Assembly: GCA_963698075.1 (NCBI GenBank) | Contig: OY969116.1 | Coordinates: 83,881 to 147,880 of the forward strand | Source: an uncultured Candidatus Berkelbacteria bacterium | Lineage (GTDB): Bacteria > Patescibacteriota > UBA1384 > UBA12157 > JAENIV01 | Length of the DNA stretch: 64,000 bases | Direction: 5' to 3' | Part shown: in pieces, positions 17,736 to 27,332 of the stretch | Layout: every line of letters begins with the position of its first letter | Position numbering within the stretch: position 1 is the first letter of the stretch | Program-made: the position numbers and the translations under genes | Notes under the pieces: model-generated | What the model was told of the DNA's origin: nothing | The model's input: only the letters and a program-made list of their open reading frames with translations | The model's database searches: none

Positions 17736-18313
17736 TAGATTAATTTTTTTCTTTTAGCTTCTTTTAATAAAATATTATAAATTTTCATAACTTTATCATT
17801 CTCTATTACATATTCTCTTTTGTAATCATCGATGTGTCTATATGTAATTCCTCTTTCTTTCCACATTTTTCCGTGACTGACGATCCCTTGTAAAATTGGT
17901 TGCATTTTATCGAATGACTGAACCAGTTTTGCCTCTTTAGATTTTCGATTTTCGTATTCATTGAATAAATCAATAAAATCTTTTCGTAAATTTTTCGGTA
18001 GTCGATCAAATAATTTTTTCGCCGCTTTTTCTTCTCTTTCTTTTTTGTTTTTTCTCGCTTCAGAGTCGAATGAAAAGGTATCTCCAGCATAGATTTCTAC
18101 CAAATCATGGACTAAGGCCATTTTTAACATTTTGGCGGTGTTAAGGCCGGGAAAATCTTTTTCAAATAAAATTACGAATAAAGCCACATGCCAAGAATGC
18201 TCCGCATCATTTTCGCGTCTAAATGATGAGAGGTAAGTTTGGCGATCAATTAATTTCAATTTTTCGATTTCTTTCAAAAACGAAATAAGTTGATTAATTC
18301 TTTTGGAGTTCAT
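17735..18313 (-). CDS. HD-domain phosphohydrolase (YfbR-like 5'-deoxynucleotidase)
   Basis: ENDAEHSWHVAL ... HDLVEIYAGD. Confidence 0.7.
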   Translation of the reverse strand: MNSKRINQLISFLKEIEKLKLIDRQTYLSSFRRENDAEHSWHVALFVILFEKDFPGLNTAKMLKMALVHDLVEIYAGDTFSFDSEARKNKKEREEKAAKKLFDRLPKNLRKDFIDLFNEYENRKSKEAKLVQSFDKMQPILQGIVSHGKMWKERGITYRHIDDYKREYVIENDKVMKIYNILLKEAKRKKLI

Positions 18314-18978
18314 CTTTTAAGTTCTCTTAAAGCGTCTTTGGCAATCCACCTCGCCGACGGCTCGGTGTAAACTTTTAATATTTCTCGGGCAGTTTGAATC
18401 GCCTCCCCTCGTAGATAATTATTACGTTTACCGATTTGGCGCAAGGCCCAGTTAACAGCCTTTTTGACAAAATTGCGTTCGTCAGTGGATTCACATTTTA
18501 TGATCGGCAAAAATTCAATAAATGTCCGATCACTAGCTTTTTTGTCATGTACTGCCAAGGCTGCCATTAAAACAAACCCGGCGCGCTTGACATATTCTTT
18601 TTGTCGCTTGGTCCACTCCCCTATTTTTTTTAAGGCATATGGTGTTTTATCGAAAAGATTTGAACAAACACAATCGCAAACATCCCATGAATCAAAATCT
18701 TTTACCCAGCTTTCCATTTGTTTTTCAGTGACTTTATTCGGATCGTCAATATGGCCCGCTAAAATTCGTGCTTCGTGAATCTCGGAATCCCAAAGTTCCT
18801 GGGCTAATTGATGACGGTCAACATTGCTTTTTTTAATATCACGCGCCATTTTACGAATAATCGGAATATTAGGACCGCCTAAGACATTTTTCCCCACGAT
18901 TCCAAATCGCGCCTTCCCAGCGGCATTCTTTGGATTGGCATAAGATTTAAGTTTTTGGATAATTCCTTTTTCAGTCAT
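18310..18978 (-). CDS. DNA alkylation repair protein (AlkC/AlkD-like HEAT-repeat glycosylase family)
   Basis: C-terminal NWALRQIGKRN motif and overall pattern. Confidence 0.65.
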   Translation of the reverse strand: MTEKGIIQKLKSYANPKNAAGKARFGIVGKNVLGGPNIPIIRKMARDIKKSNVDRHQLAQELWDSEIHEARILAGHIDDPNKVTEKQMESWVKDFDSWDVCDCVCSNLFDKTPYALKKIGEWTKRQKEYVKRAGFVLMAALAVHDKKASDRTFIEFLPIIKCESTDERNFVKKAVNWALRQIGKRNNYLRGEAIQTAREILKVYTEPSARWIAKDALRELKR

Positions 18979-20035
18979 ATAAAATATCTACTTTCATAAC
19001 TTTATCGAGGCCTACAGATTGTACAGCTTTCTGTGCAGCATTTAGAAATTCATCGCCGAAAGTGTATTTATAGAGGGACCTGTTCGCCCAGTCAGGGACA
19101 AAAACTAATCTGCAGCCTTTGGTTTTTGACTCACCATATTTCTCTTTGAAAAACAAATATGCTTCATAAGAATGTTGGAAAAGTCTTTCAAACGTTTTCC
19201 CATAGATTTTGTATACCTCTTCTAGGGTTATAGCATAAGACTGGGACCGGCCATAGAATAATATCGGTTTTCCTATTTTGCCTTTGCCTTGCTTTATTTC
19301 AAATTCGAATTGAACACCAGCAGTGGTATACTCGCCCCTACCTTTTATTTTGTCATTTTCATATGAATTAAGAAACCTGACCGCTGCTTGTTCTATTCGT
19401 GATTTCATTTTCCTCACATCGTTTGAATCGCATACTGACATAGAATAATTTGTCGTAAGGTGCCACTCTGTTCTTCTATAATTTTTATTATAAACAGATC
19501 TTTTTAGTAACTCATTACCGAGATAGCTTTGCAAAGGATCAAGGCTACTTACAGATTTGACAGAGGCATAAAATTCTTGATTATTCTCGTAAAGAATTAG
19601 ATCAAATCCCTGATTATTTGCTGGAGCAAATTTGATTTTTACACCGAGATTCTTGGTTAAAGCCGAAGCTGCATATAGTTCGGCATAGTAATCATAAAAA
19701 TTTTCTTTCCAAAAGCTATCCCTTAAGGTTTTAAAAATACTGTCGTGGCCTTCAAATTGGTATGCTTGTTTTAATAAACCTTCTGTTCGTTTTAAACCAT
19801 CGATATCTAAAGCTAAAGATAGGATTATATTGTTTTTAGATAGTTCAGAAACATTCTTTTTATTTATTGATCGTAATTTTTTCAATTGACAGACGGCGCT
19901 AGTAATCTTGTTTCCAAATTCTTTTTTTATGATTGGGTATTTTTCTTGGTTCGCTAAGATATTGCTGACATATTCTTTCATAGAGTGCTTGTAAATTATA
20001 TTCCCTGGATTAGTCTTCTTAAAATATTCGTTCAT
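18971..20035 (-). CDS. hypothetical protein, 354 aa, low GC, no recognisable domain
   Basis: long ORF overlapping alkD by 8 nt; GC clearly lower than its neighbours. Confidence 0.55.
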   Translation of the reverse strand: MNEYFKKTNPGNIIYKHSMKEYVSNILANQEKYPIIKKEFGNKITSAVCQLKKLRSINKKNVSELSKNNIILSLALDIDGLKRTEGLLKQAYQFEGHDSIFKTLRDSFWKENFYDYYAELYAASALTKNLGVKIKFAPANNQGFDLILYENNQEFYASVKSVSSLDPLQSYLGNELLKRSVYNKNYRRTEWHLTTNYSMSVCDSNDVRKMKSRIEQAAVRFLNSYENDKIKGRGEYTTAGVQFEFEIKQGKGKIGKPILFYGRSQSYAITLEEVYKIYGKTFERLFQHSYEAYLFFKEKYGESKTKGCRLVFVPDWANRSLYKYTFGDEFLNAAQKAVQSVGLDKVMKVDILYD

Positions 20036-20082
20036 TTAATTGATTTAAATTTTTAATATAAACATTTTGGGTTTTAACTTTT

Positions 20083-20127
20083 ACAAATACACCTTTCCCA
20101 ATACACCTTCGAGGTGTAAATGCCGAG
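20083..20127. promoter_or_regulatory. operator-like array: 2x ATACACCTT direct, then 2x GAGGTGT (its inverted complement), upstream of 18971-20035
   Basis: repeats read directly in the sequence. Confidence 0.3.
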
Positions 20128-20138
20128 GTGTCATTTTG

Positions 20139-20723
20139 TTACCTGTTGAGGTTGTCGTTAATAATTTTTTCAACTTCAGCTATAGCCTGCTCCGGGTGAC
20201 CTTCGGGATTGACAACTGAATAATCGTAAAATTTTTCATATTCAGCTTCTTTTTTGGCGGTGGCGATGCGCGTTTGAATTTCTTCTTCTGAGACTTCTCC
20301 ACGTGCGGGATCGTTTTTGATACGATTACGAATTGCCTGCTCGATATTATCGCCTTCATATTTTATAAAGATCAAAATCGTATCGGGCATTATTTTCCTG
20401 ATTTGTCTTGCACCTTTAACATCAATTTCCATTAAAACATTTTTGCCGCTATTGATAGCATTATTTATTTGTTCTTTGGGCGTACCGTACATTTCGCCAT
20501 GAACTTGAGCATATTCTAGGAATTCGTCCTTTTCAATCATTTCTTGGAATTTTTCCGGATAAACAAAATAGTGATCTTCACCTGGGATTTCCTCCGGTCT
20601 TTGCTCGCGGGTTGTACAAGTCACCGAGCGATGGAATTCGGGATGTTTTGCCAAAACGGCTTTAAGAATCGTATTCTTGCCGACGCCCGACTGACCCGAT
20701 AAGATAAATAGTTTACCTTTCAT
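20139..20723 (-). CDS. gmk: guanylate kinase
   Basis: LSGQSGVGKNT P-loop; 194 aa. Confidence 0.85.
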   Translation of the reverse strand: MKGKLFILSGQSGVGKNTILKAVLAKHPEFHRSVTCTTREQRPEEIPGEDHYFVYPEKFQEMIEKDEFLEYAQVHGEMYGTPKEQINNAINSGKNVLMEIDVKGARQIRKIMPDTILIFIKYEGDNIEQAIRNRIKNDPARGEVSEEEIQTRIATAKKEAEYEKFYDYSVVNPEGHPEQAIAEVEKIINDNLNR

Positions 20724-20740
20724 ATTATTAGCCTAACATA

Positions 20741-21466
20741 CTAAGAAATCTTTTGTAAGATTTTTTCGAGCCCCGGCGGTAATTTCAATTCAAATTTATG
20801 ATCATAGAATGACAACCTGTACGCATGTAAAAATTGCCGACTAATTCCTAGCTCTTTAGAGATTTTACGGCTGTGTTTACTGTTGTAAACCGGATCGCCG
20901 ATGAGCGGATGACCGATTGTTTTAAACTGCACGCGGATTTGGTGGGTACGGCCGGTTTCCAAAGTGGCTTCAACTAATGATAAGATTTCTTTGCTATATT
21001 GATATTCTTTGAGAACTTTGTACCGCGTTTTGGCCTCGCGTTTTTTGCCCGGCTCAAAATCAAAAAAAATACTTCGGCTAACTTGTTGACGTCGAGCGTG
21101 GGGATCTCGACCGATGAAACTTTTGATTTCGCCGGTTTTCTTGTCGAATTGACCATAAACTAAGGCTAAATACGATTTATGGATTTGGTGAGACTGAAAT
21201 AAGGCTTGTAATCTTTGCAGAGTTTGCGGATTTTTGGCCAAAATTATCAATCCCGAAGTATCTTTGTCTAAGCGATGGACAATCCCCGCTCGAGACCTAT
21301 CTGGCCATTCAAGCTTTTTAAGATCAGGATATTTTTCTAAAAACCAATCGACCAGCGTCTCGCCGCGCTCGCCCGCTCCGGGATGGACAACCAACCCCGC
21401 CGGTTTATCGATGACGATAATATCCGAATTATCGTATTTAATATCAATTTTTGGAAATTGTGTCAT
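20741..21466 (-). CDS. RluA-family pseudouridine synthase
   Basis: HRLDKDTSGL catalytic motif. Confidence 0.85.
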   Translation of the reverse strand: MTQFPKIDIKYDNSDIIVIDKPAGLVVHPGAGERGETLVDWFLEKYPDLKKLEWPDRSRAGIVHRLDKDTSGLIILAKNPQTLQRLQALFQSHQIHKSYLALVYGQFDKKTGEIKSFIGRDPHARRQQVSRSIFFDFEPGKKREAKTRYKVLKEYQYSKEILSLVEATLETGRTHQIRVQFKTIGHPLIGDPVYNSKHSRKISKELGISRQFLHAYRLSFYDHKFELKLPPGLEKILQKIS

Positions 21467-21499
21467 TGTAATTTATTTGAAAATTGATAATTGAGAATT

Positions 21500-22336
21500 T
21501 CATTCTGATCCATGCTCATAGGCATAAGAAATTTTATCGGCAAAAGCTTTAACATCGGTATTTTCAATTCTGACGCGCGGAAGTTCAAAAAGATTGGATG
21601 TTTCCCGGGCGATGCCGATTTTGGTGGTGACAGCGACAAGGTAGCCTGCCTCTTTAACTAGAGCCATCGCCCGCTCATTAAATCGACCAGCTGGATAGCA
21701 AAAAACCAACCACTCCCCTTTTGAATCAAAAATTTGTGAACGAGCGACTTCTGAAGATATTTTTGTTAAGTCTGGATGAGTCAAAGTATGCGAGCCAAAT
21801 TCCATGCCAGCTTTTTTCATTTCTGCGATTTGCTCATCATTTAAGTGATTCGCGCGGCCGACATAATCTTTAATTATAAAAAATGTTCCACTAAATTCAT
21901 GTTGTTTTAGGATTGGAAAAGCTTGAGTGTAAGCATCTTCATAGCCGTCGTCAAAAGTTAAAACAATTGGCTTTTTCTTCTCAAAATAAATTCGGGAGAT
22001 AGTTTGGCGTCCGGGATCAGCGAGATCATCTAATTTAATGGTCTGATAATTATCGGCGTCAAGATATCCAATTTGGGAGGCGAAATTTTCCGGTGAGACC
22101 GAAAGGCTTTGACCGAGAGAATCGCCGGCAGGAGCAGGGCGGATATAATGGTACAGTAAAATCGGGACATCAAATTTTTCCACTTTGGGGTAAGGAGTTG
22201 GTTTAGGTGAGGGAACAATCATGGCCAGCGGCGAGGCACTTGACTCTGTTCGAAACCAAAGGACAAATCCTAACACAACGATAAGAATTATAGCCAGCAA
22301 GAGCAAGATGATTTGTTTTTTAGAACGTTTTTTCAT
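21500..22336 (-). CDS. polysaccharide deacetylase (NodB/CE4) with N-terminal TM anchor
   Basis: TFDDGY and HTLTHPDL motifs. Confidence 0.8.
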   Translation of the reverse strand: MKKRSKKQIILLLLAIILIVVLGFVLWFRTESSASPLAMIVPSPKPTPYPKVEKFDVPILLYHYIRPAPAGDSLGQSLSVSPENFASQIGYLDADNYQTIKLDDLADPGRQTISRIYFEKKKPIVLTFDDGYEDAYTQAFPILKQHEFSGTFFIIKDYVGRANHLNDEQIAEMKKAGMEFGSHTLTHPDLTKISSEVARSQIFDSKGEWLVFCYPAGRFNERAMALVKEAGYLVAVTTKIGIARETSNLFELPRVRIENTDVKAFADKISYAYEHGSE

Positions 22337-22412
22337 TTCGATAGGAGTTAATACATCGAAGATTGCTTCGATGTAAGTTTATTTTATACCCAAATTCAAG
22401 ATAAAAAAAGAA

Positions 22413-22441
22413 CCGCCCGCCGCGACGAACGCGGCGGGCGG
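22413..22441 (-). terminator. 12-bp GC hairpin CCGCCCGCCGCG-ACGAA-CGCGGCGGGCGG with a minus-strand U-tract
   Basis: read in the sequence; downstream of the GC-rich oxidoreductase gene. Confidence 0.65.
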
Positions 22442-22471
22442 CAGAATCGTCCCGTAGCCCGCGATGAAGGG

Positions 22472-23716
22472 CTAGCGCAGGAGGACCTCGGCCCCCTTGC
22501 CCTGCTGGATGAGGGGCAGATAGCCCTCGAGCTCCTTGGCCGTCTCATCCGAGCTGAGGTCAACCGTCTGACCGCGCTCAGCGGCGAGGTAGCTGGCCAT
22601 CACCAGCCGGGTAACCTCCCAGCCGTAGCGGAAGTCGAGGAGGCCGTGCTGGCCTTGGGAGAAACGAGCAACAGCATCTTGCCACTCGGCGACGTAGCCG
22701 TAGAGGTCAGCCTCGTTGGGCTGCATCACCAGCGCCCCGCGGCCGGCCTGGGCCTTCTCGAGCATCAACTCGGCACTCGTCACCGTTTCGGCGGCGGCAT
22801 CGCTGATGAAGAGGCCGGCTGGCGACTCGAGGGAGTTGACGGTGTAGGAGTAGCCTGGTCCCATCGCCTCCATCAGGAGCCGCAAGCCCGGGGCGTCGTA
22901 CATCCACGAGTCCGTGAACTGGGCGACGACGATCTGCCCGGTCTCGGGGTTGCGGAGGGTGATGAGGCCAGTGGCGTAGTCCTCGGCTGGTGTCTTGGCA
23001 TAGTCGATGCCGCGCTCCCTCAGTAGCTTCGCCCGCCAGGAGTCAGGCAGTCCCCACTTGAGGAGCATCGTTGCGGCGGAGACGGTCTGCGGGACCAGGA
23101 AGGTTGGCGGCTTGCCTGAGGGCGTCAGCATCCACCAGCCGACGGCGATAGAGTGACATCCCATGTCACAGAGCACACCACCACCCTGCCTGGTAGGATC
23201 CCAGAACCAGGCCTCGTGCGGCCCGCCGTGCTCCTCAGCCGAACGGGTCAGATGGACAGGGCCCATATGGCCTTCGACGGCTGCCAGGAGTGTCCTTGCT
23301 CGCCGGACCGCGGGCATGTGGATCTGGTTCTCGAAATAGGCTTCCAGCAGTCCCGCCAACGAGGCCAGAGCTACCATCTCATTGGCTTCGGCGACATTGC
23401 GCGCCAGCGGCTTCTCGCAGATGACTGCCTTGACCGGTGAGCCCACCTGCTTCTTGGCGTCGGCGATCGCTTGCATCACCTCGAGCCGGGCGTAGTTCGG
23501 GCAGAAGATGGCGACGACATCAACGTGCTCGGCCATCTCCCCGACGCTGGGATAGATCTGGCACTCGCCGAGACCCAGAGAGCGGACACTTGAGGCGAAA
23601 TCCTCACTGCCGGCGAGGGCGTGAACCCCGGCGATCTCGACGCCGCGGACGTACCTGAGGGCCTCACGGTGGAAGCCCGCGACGAATCCTGCCCCGACGA
23701 ACCCGACTTTCAGCAT
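22472..23716 (-). CDS. Gfo/Idh/MocA-family NAD(P)-dependent oxidoreductase, strikingly GC-rich (~65%)
   Basis: KVGFVGAGFVAGFH Rossmann motif; codon usage and GC content unlike its neighbours. Confidence 0.7.
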   Translation of the reverse strand: MLKVGFVGAGFVAGFHREALRYVRGVEIAGVHALAGSEDFASSVRSLGLGECQIYPSVGEMAEHVDVVAIFCPNYARLEVMQAIADAKKQVGSPVKAVICEKPLARNVAEANEMVALASLAGLLEAYFENQIHMPAVRRARTLLAAVEGHMGPVHLTRSAEEHGGPHEAWFWDPTRQGGGVLCDMGCHSIAVGWWMLTPSGKPPTFLVPQTVSAATMLLKWGLPDSWRAKLLRERGIDYAKTPAEDYATGLITLRNPETGQIVVAQFTDSWMYDAPGLRLLMEAMGPGYSYTVNSLESPAGLFISDAAAETVTSAELMLEKAQAGRGALVMQPNEADLYGYVAEWQDAVARFSQGQHGLLDFRYGWEVTRLVMASYLAAERGQTVDLSSDETAKELEGYLPLIQQGKGAEVLLR

Positions 23717-23799
23717 CTTCTTCGCACCTTTCCTATCAAAAGTAAGGGACATTTAGTCTTGTCCCTCCAATGAGATTATATAACACCTCTCGAGAACAA

Positions 23800-25902
23800 T
23801 CAAGAAATTAGTTCAATTTGCGAACCATTTTCATCTTTGGTAACCTCTATTTTAGTCGGAAATAAATCCTTGAGTTCTTGTAAATGGGTTATAACTAATA
23901 TTTTTTCAAATTCGCCGGCAATCGAATTAATCGCCGCCACCAAATCGTCGCGGCCGGCCGAATCAAGCATGCCAAAACCTTCGTCAATGACCAAAAACTT
24001 CAAATGGGTGCCGGCGCGCGCGGCTAATAATTTTGAAAGGGCGATGCGAATAGCAAAATTAATTCGAAAGGCCTCCCCTCCCGAATACATTTCATAATCA
24101 CGTTCGCCTAACTCATCAGCAATTTTTATTTCTAAGGTTTCAATTAAATCTTCTTCGCTTTGGGCGGCCTTCCTTTCTTTTTGAGTGATAAATTTTAAAG
24201 ACATCCGGCCATCAGTGATTTTTCCCAGCAATCCATTGGCACCTTCTTCAATCGAAGAGAGGGCTGTTTCAATAATCATTGCCTGAATACCTTTTTTGCC
24301 AAAAGCCAACGCTAATTCTTCGTAATTAGCAATTTCTTTTTGAAAATCGCGAATTTCTTTTTGGAGGGATTTTAATTCTTTCTCTTGACTTTGGATCTGA
24401 ATTAATTCCTGTTTTAAGCCGCCTAAAAAATTTTGCAATTCTAAAACCTGGTTATTAATTTGTTCTTCCTCCACTTTTTTTTCTTGCCATTGGACACTCG
24501 CCTTTTCTAATTTTGATTGTTTGGCTTTAAGTTTTTTGCCATCGCGGCTTATTTTTTCTGCTTCCTTTTTAATTTGCTCTAATCTTTCTTGAATATTTTT
24601 CAAATTAGTCTGGGCATTTTTGAGATTGTTCTCCGCTAAATCAAGAATCTGTTTTTGCTCGCGACTGGTCGATAAATCTTCTAGTTGTTTTTGAATCTTC
24701 GTATGGAGCGATTCATTATAATTTATTTTTTTGAGTAGCAGCTGGAGTTTTTTTAAACGAGGACTGTATTTCTGGGCAAATTCTTTTTCGAGATGAGCAA
24801 CAATAACACTAGCTTCCTTTTTTTTCATCGGCCGACGGCACATTGGGCAAAGGGCAATTTTTTCGATACGCGAAACATCCTCATTTAACTTTTCCTTTAA
24901 ATTTTCTAACACTCGTAATTCTTGTAGAATTTTAGCCTGTTCGCGAAATTTCAAATTGGCTTGGTTATTTTGTTTTTCCAAAACTTCAAGCGCGGCAAAA
25001 TTCTTAAGGATTTTTTCTTTATTCTTGAGTTGTTCGGCGATTGATTTTTTTTCGGCAAGGATTTTTGCTTTTTCCTCGTTGAGATTTTCTGCCTCGGTTC
25101 TTAGACGGCCAAATTGATTTCTGAGATTTCCTAACCTTTCGTTGATGACTTCATGCTCCCGACTTTGTTTTTCCAAGCCTCTGATGGTCTCTTTTAATTT
25201 TTGGTGTTTTTTAGAAAGTTGGCTAAATTGTTCGCTGGCAAGACTTAATTGTTTTTCGACCACTCCTTTGCGGGAGACTTCAGCTTGGAGATCTTCCATT
25301 TGGAAGGTTAGCATTTTTATTTTTTCTTCGGAGGACCTGGCCTTTTGGCGGGCCTTTTGGGAGAGCTCTTCATAAAGATTAAGATCCAAAATCTCGCTTA
25401 AAATTTCTTTCCTCTCCGACGGTGTTTTAATGGTAAACTCATCGGCATGGCCTTGACGTAAATAAGAAGAATTGACAAATATTTCATAAGGGATTTTGAG
25501 GATTCGGATAATTTTCTCATTCGTGGCCTTTAAAGTTACCTCCGCAATCGATTGCCAGCCGACGTCATCGAGGAGTAATTTTTTTTGAGTCTTAGTTTGC
25601 AATTCTAAAAAAGATTGGCCTGCACTTTTTTTGAGTTCTCTTTTTCTGACGATTCGGTAAAGTCCACCTTCGTGCTCAAAAATGAATTCAACCCACATCC
25701 CGTGCTCGCCTTGGTGGATAAGTTCATCGTCTGAAGCCGCTCGTGTTTGTCCCCAAATGGCCCAAGTCATCGCCTCCAAAATTGAAGACTTGCCAACGCC
25801 ATTGTTGCCGGAAAGCACCGCTAAGTTAAAGGACTGAAAATCCAAGGGTTGTGGTTCTTTATAAGAAAGAAAATTATGAAGCTGAAGTTTAACGGGAATC
25901 AT
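23800..25902 (-). CDS. sbcC: SbcC/Rad50-like DSB-repair ATPase
   Basis: N-terminal LSGNNGVGKSS; CPMC zinc hook; C-terminal LVIDEGFGMLD signature/D-loop. Confidence 0.8.
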   Translation of the reverse strand: MIPVKLQLHNFLSYKEPQPLDFQSFNLAVLSGNNGVGKSSILEAMTWAIWGQTRAASDDELIHQGEHGMWVEFIFEHEGGLYRIVRKRELKKSAGQSFLELQTKTQKKLLLDDVGWQSIAEVTLKATNEKIIRILKIPYEIFVNSSYLRQGHADEFTIKTPSERKEILSEILDLNLYEELSQKARQKARSSEEKIKMLTFQMEDLQAEVSRKGVVEKQLSLASEQFSQLSKKHQKLKETIRGLEKQSREHEVINERLGNLRNQFGRLRTEAENLNEEKAKILAEKKSIAEQLKNKEKILKNFAALEVLEKQNNQANLKFREQAKILQELRVLENLKEKLNEDVSRIEKIALCPMCRRPMKKKEASVIVAHLEKEFAQKYSPRLKKLQLLLKKINYNESLHTKIQKQLEDLSTSREQKQILDLAENNLKNAQTNLKNIQERLEQIKKEAEKISRDGKKLKAKQSKLEKASVQWQEKKVEEEQINNQVLELQNFLGGLKQELIQIQSQEKELKSLQKEIRDFQKEIANYEELALAFGKKGIQAMIIETALSSIEEGANGLLGKITDGRMSLKFITQKERKAAQSEEDLIETLEIKIADELGERDYEMYSGGEAFRINFAIRIALSKLLAARAGTHLKFLVIDEGFGMLDSAGRDDLVAAINSIAGEFEKILVITHLQELKDLFPTKIEVTKDENGSQIELIS

Positions 25903-27177
25903 TGAGTTTCCTCAATCAATTTCTCCGCGGTTTTTAATAATTCTTGTTTATGGCTTTTGCTGACTTTTTTTGATTGGAGGTATTTTTCTAAGATGCCTAA
26001 AGTATCCAAACTGGCCAATTCATCGGAAAAACCATTTTTGATTTGCGTCCGTTCATGGCTTTTTACCTCTTTGATAATCCCGGCGATAAAATTAGCTTCT
26101 TCTAAAGCGGTGCGAATTTTTGATTCCGATATTTCCGCGGCTTTGGCTTCGTTGATCTCTATGACTACCTTGACAACAGCCTCGCGGATATTTTCTTTTC
26201 GAATCGCCTGGGAGATTTTTTCATCTGTATCATCGTCATCGGCAATTTTGACGTGGATGGTTAAAAATTTTCTGGCTGGAGTTTTGATGAATTGCCAATT
26301 CGTTTGGAATTTGTGGCGTTTGTTCGCCATAATATCAAGCAGGATAAATCCCTTATCTTCTTTTTCTTCGCCGAAATCAATCCGTTCAATCGAGCCGGCA
26401 TAAACAATTGGCGGTCCTGCCTGCCGGCGAGGCAGGTTTTTCGAGAGTTTCTGGTGCTTATGAATATGACCTAAAGCGACATAATTAAAACGGCTGTGGC
26501 GCAGGCTTGCGAGTGGTAAAATAATATCCGAGCCAATCATCACGCTCCGCTCCGAGCCAAAAGTCGCGCCTTCAACCGCCGCATGGGCTAGCAGGATTGA
26601 GGGAATCTTAGGATCGATTTTGCTTGATAGATATTCAACTTTAGCGGCTAAGGCGCGAGATAATTTTTGGCGCATTTTTTCCAGCGGCAATTTCAAATCG
26701 TTTTTAGTTAACAATTGTTGTTTGGTATACCACGGTAATCCGGCGATTTGAATCGGACCTGATTTTGTCTGGATGGTTTTTACCTGCCCGTCCGGCAGGC
26801 GGGCTTCGTCGCCGATCATATAAACATTTTTTATGTTCAAAGTCGGATAAATTTCTAATGTATGGGCTTTGCCTAAAGCGCCGGGAAAATCATGATTACC
26901 GACCAGCATCGCCACCGGAATATCGGCGCAGGCGAGTTCATAAATTTTTGAAGCAAATGCTTTTTGATAAGTGGGGTTAGGTTCGCGTGTTTTGAAGGCA
27001 TCACCGGCAAAGCAAACCAAGTCAACTTTTTCTTTTTTGGCGGTGGCGACGATCGTTTCAAAAGAATTTAAAAAATCGGCCAACCGCGAATTTAAGCCGG
27101 TTTCCGGATCAAATTTACCGTAATTTTCCATTCCCAAATGAACATCAGCAAAATGGATAATCTTCATGGCTAAATCA
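25899..27177 (-). CDS. sbcD: SbcD/Mre11-like nuclease
   Basis: MKIIHFADVHLG ... GNHD phosphoesterase motifs; start set at ATG 27177. Confidence 0.8.
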
Positions 27178-27186
27178 TAGAGGGTC

Positions 27187-27215
27187 TTGACAAAAATATC
27201 AATTTGTTGTATAAT
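27187..27215 (+). promoter_or_regulatory. perfect sigma70 promoter TTGACA-17-TATAAT on the plus strand, antisense to the guaA-sbcD junction
   Basis: hexamers at 27187-27192 and 27210-27215. Confidence 0.55.
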
Positions 27216-27221
27216 AAGGTC

Positions 27222-27326
27222 TCTAAAAGAAGTGGAAAAGTAACACACAGCATGCAAACAGGGTCCGGTTTGGCGGAGTAGGTTTTCCCCTCCTTGCCTA
27301 CTTCGCCGAATTGGCCCCTGTTTTTT
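27222..27326 (+). ncRNA. candidate ~105-nt sRNA with an 11-bp stem, a 14-nt C-rich loop UUUUCCCCUCCUUG (anti-Shine-Dalgarno-like) and a U6 terminator
   Basis: GGCGGAGTAGG (27272-27282) pairs with CCTACTTCGCC (27297-27307). CAGGG/CCCTG closes the structure, followed by TTTTTT (27321-27326). Confidence 0.4.
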
Positions 27327-27332
27327 AATTGG

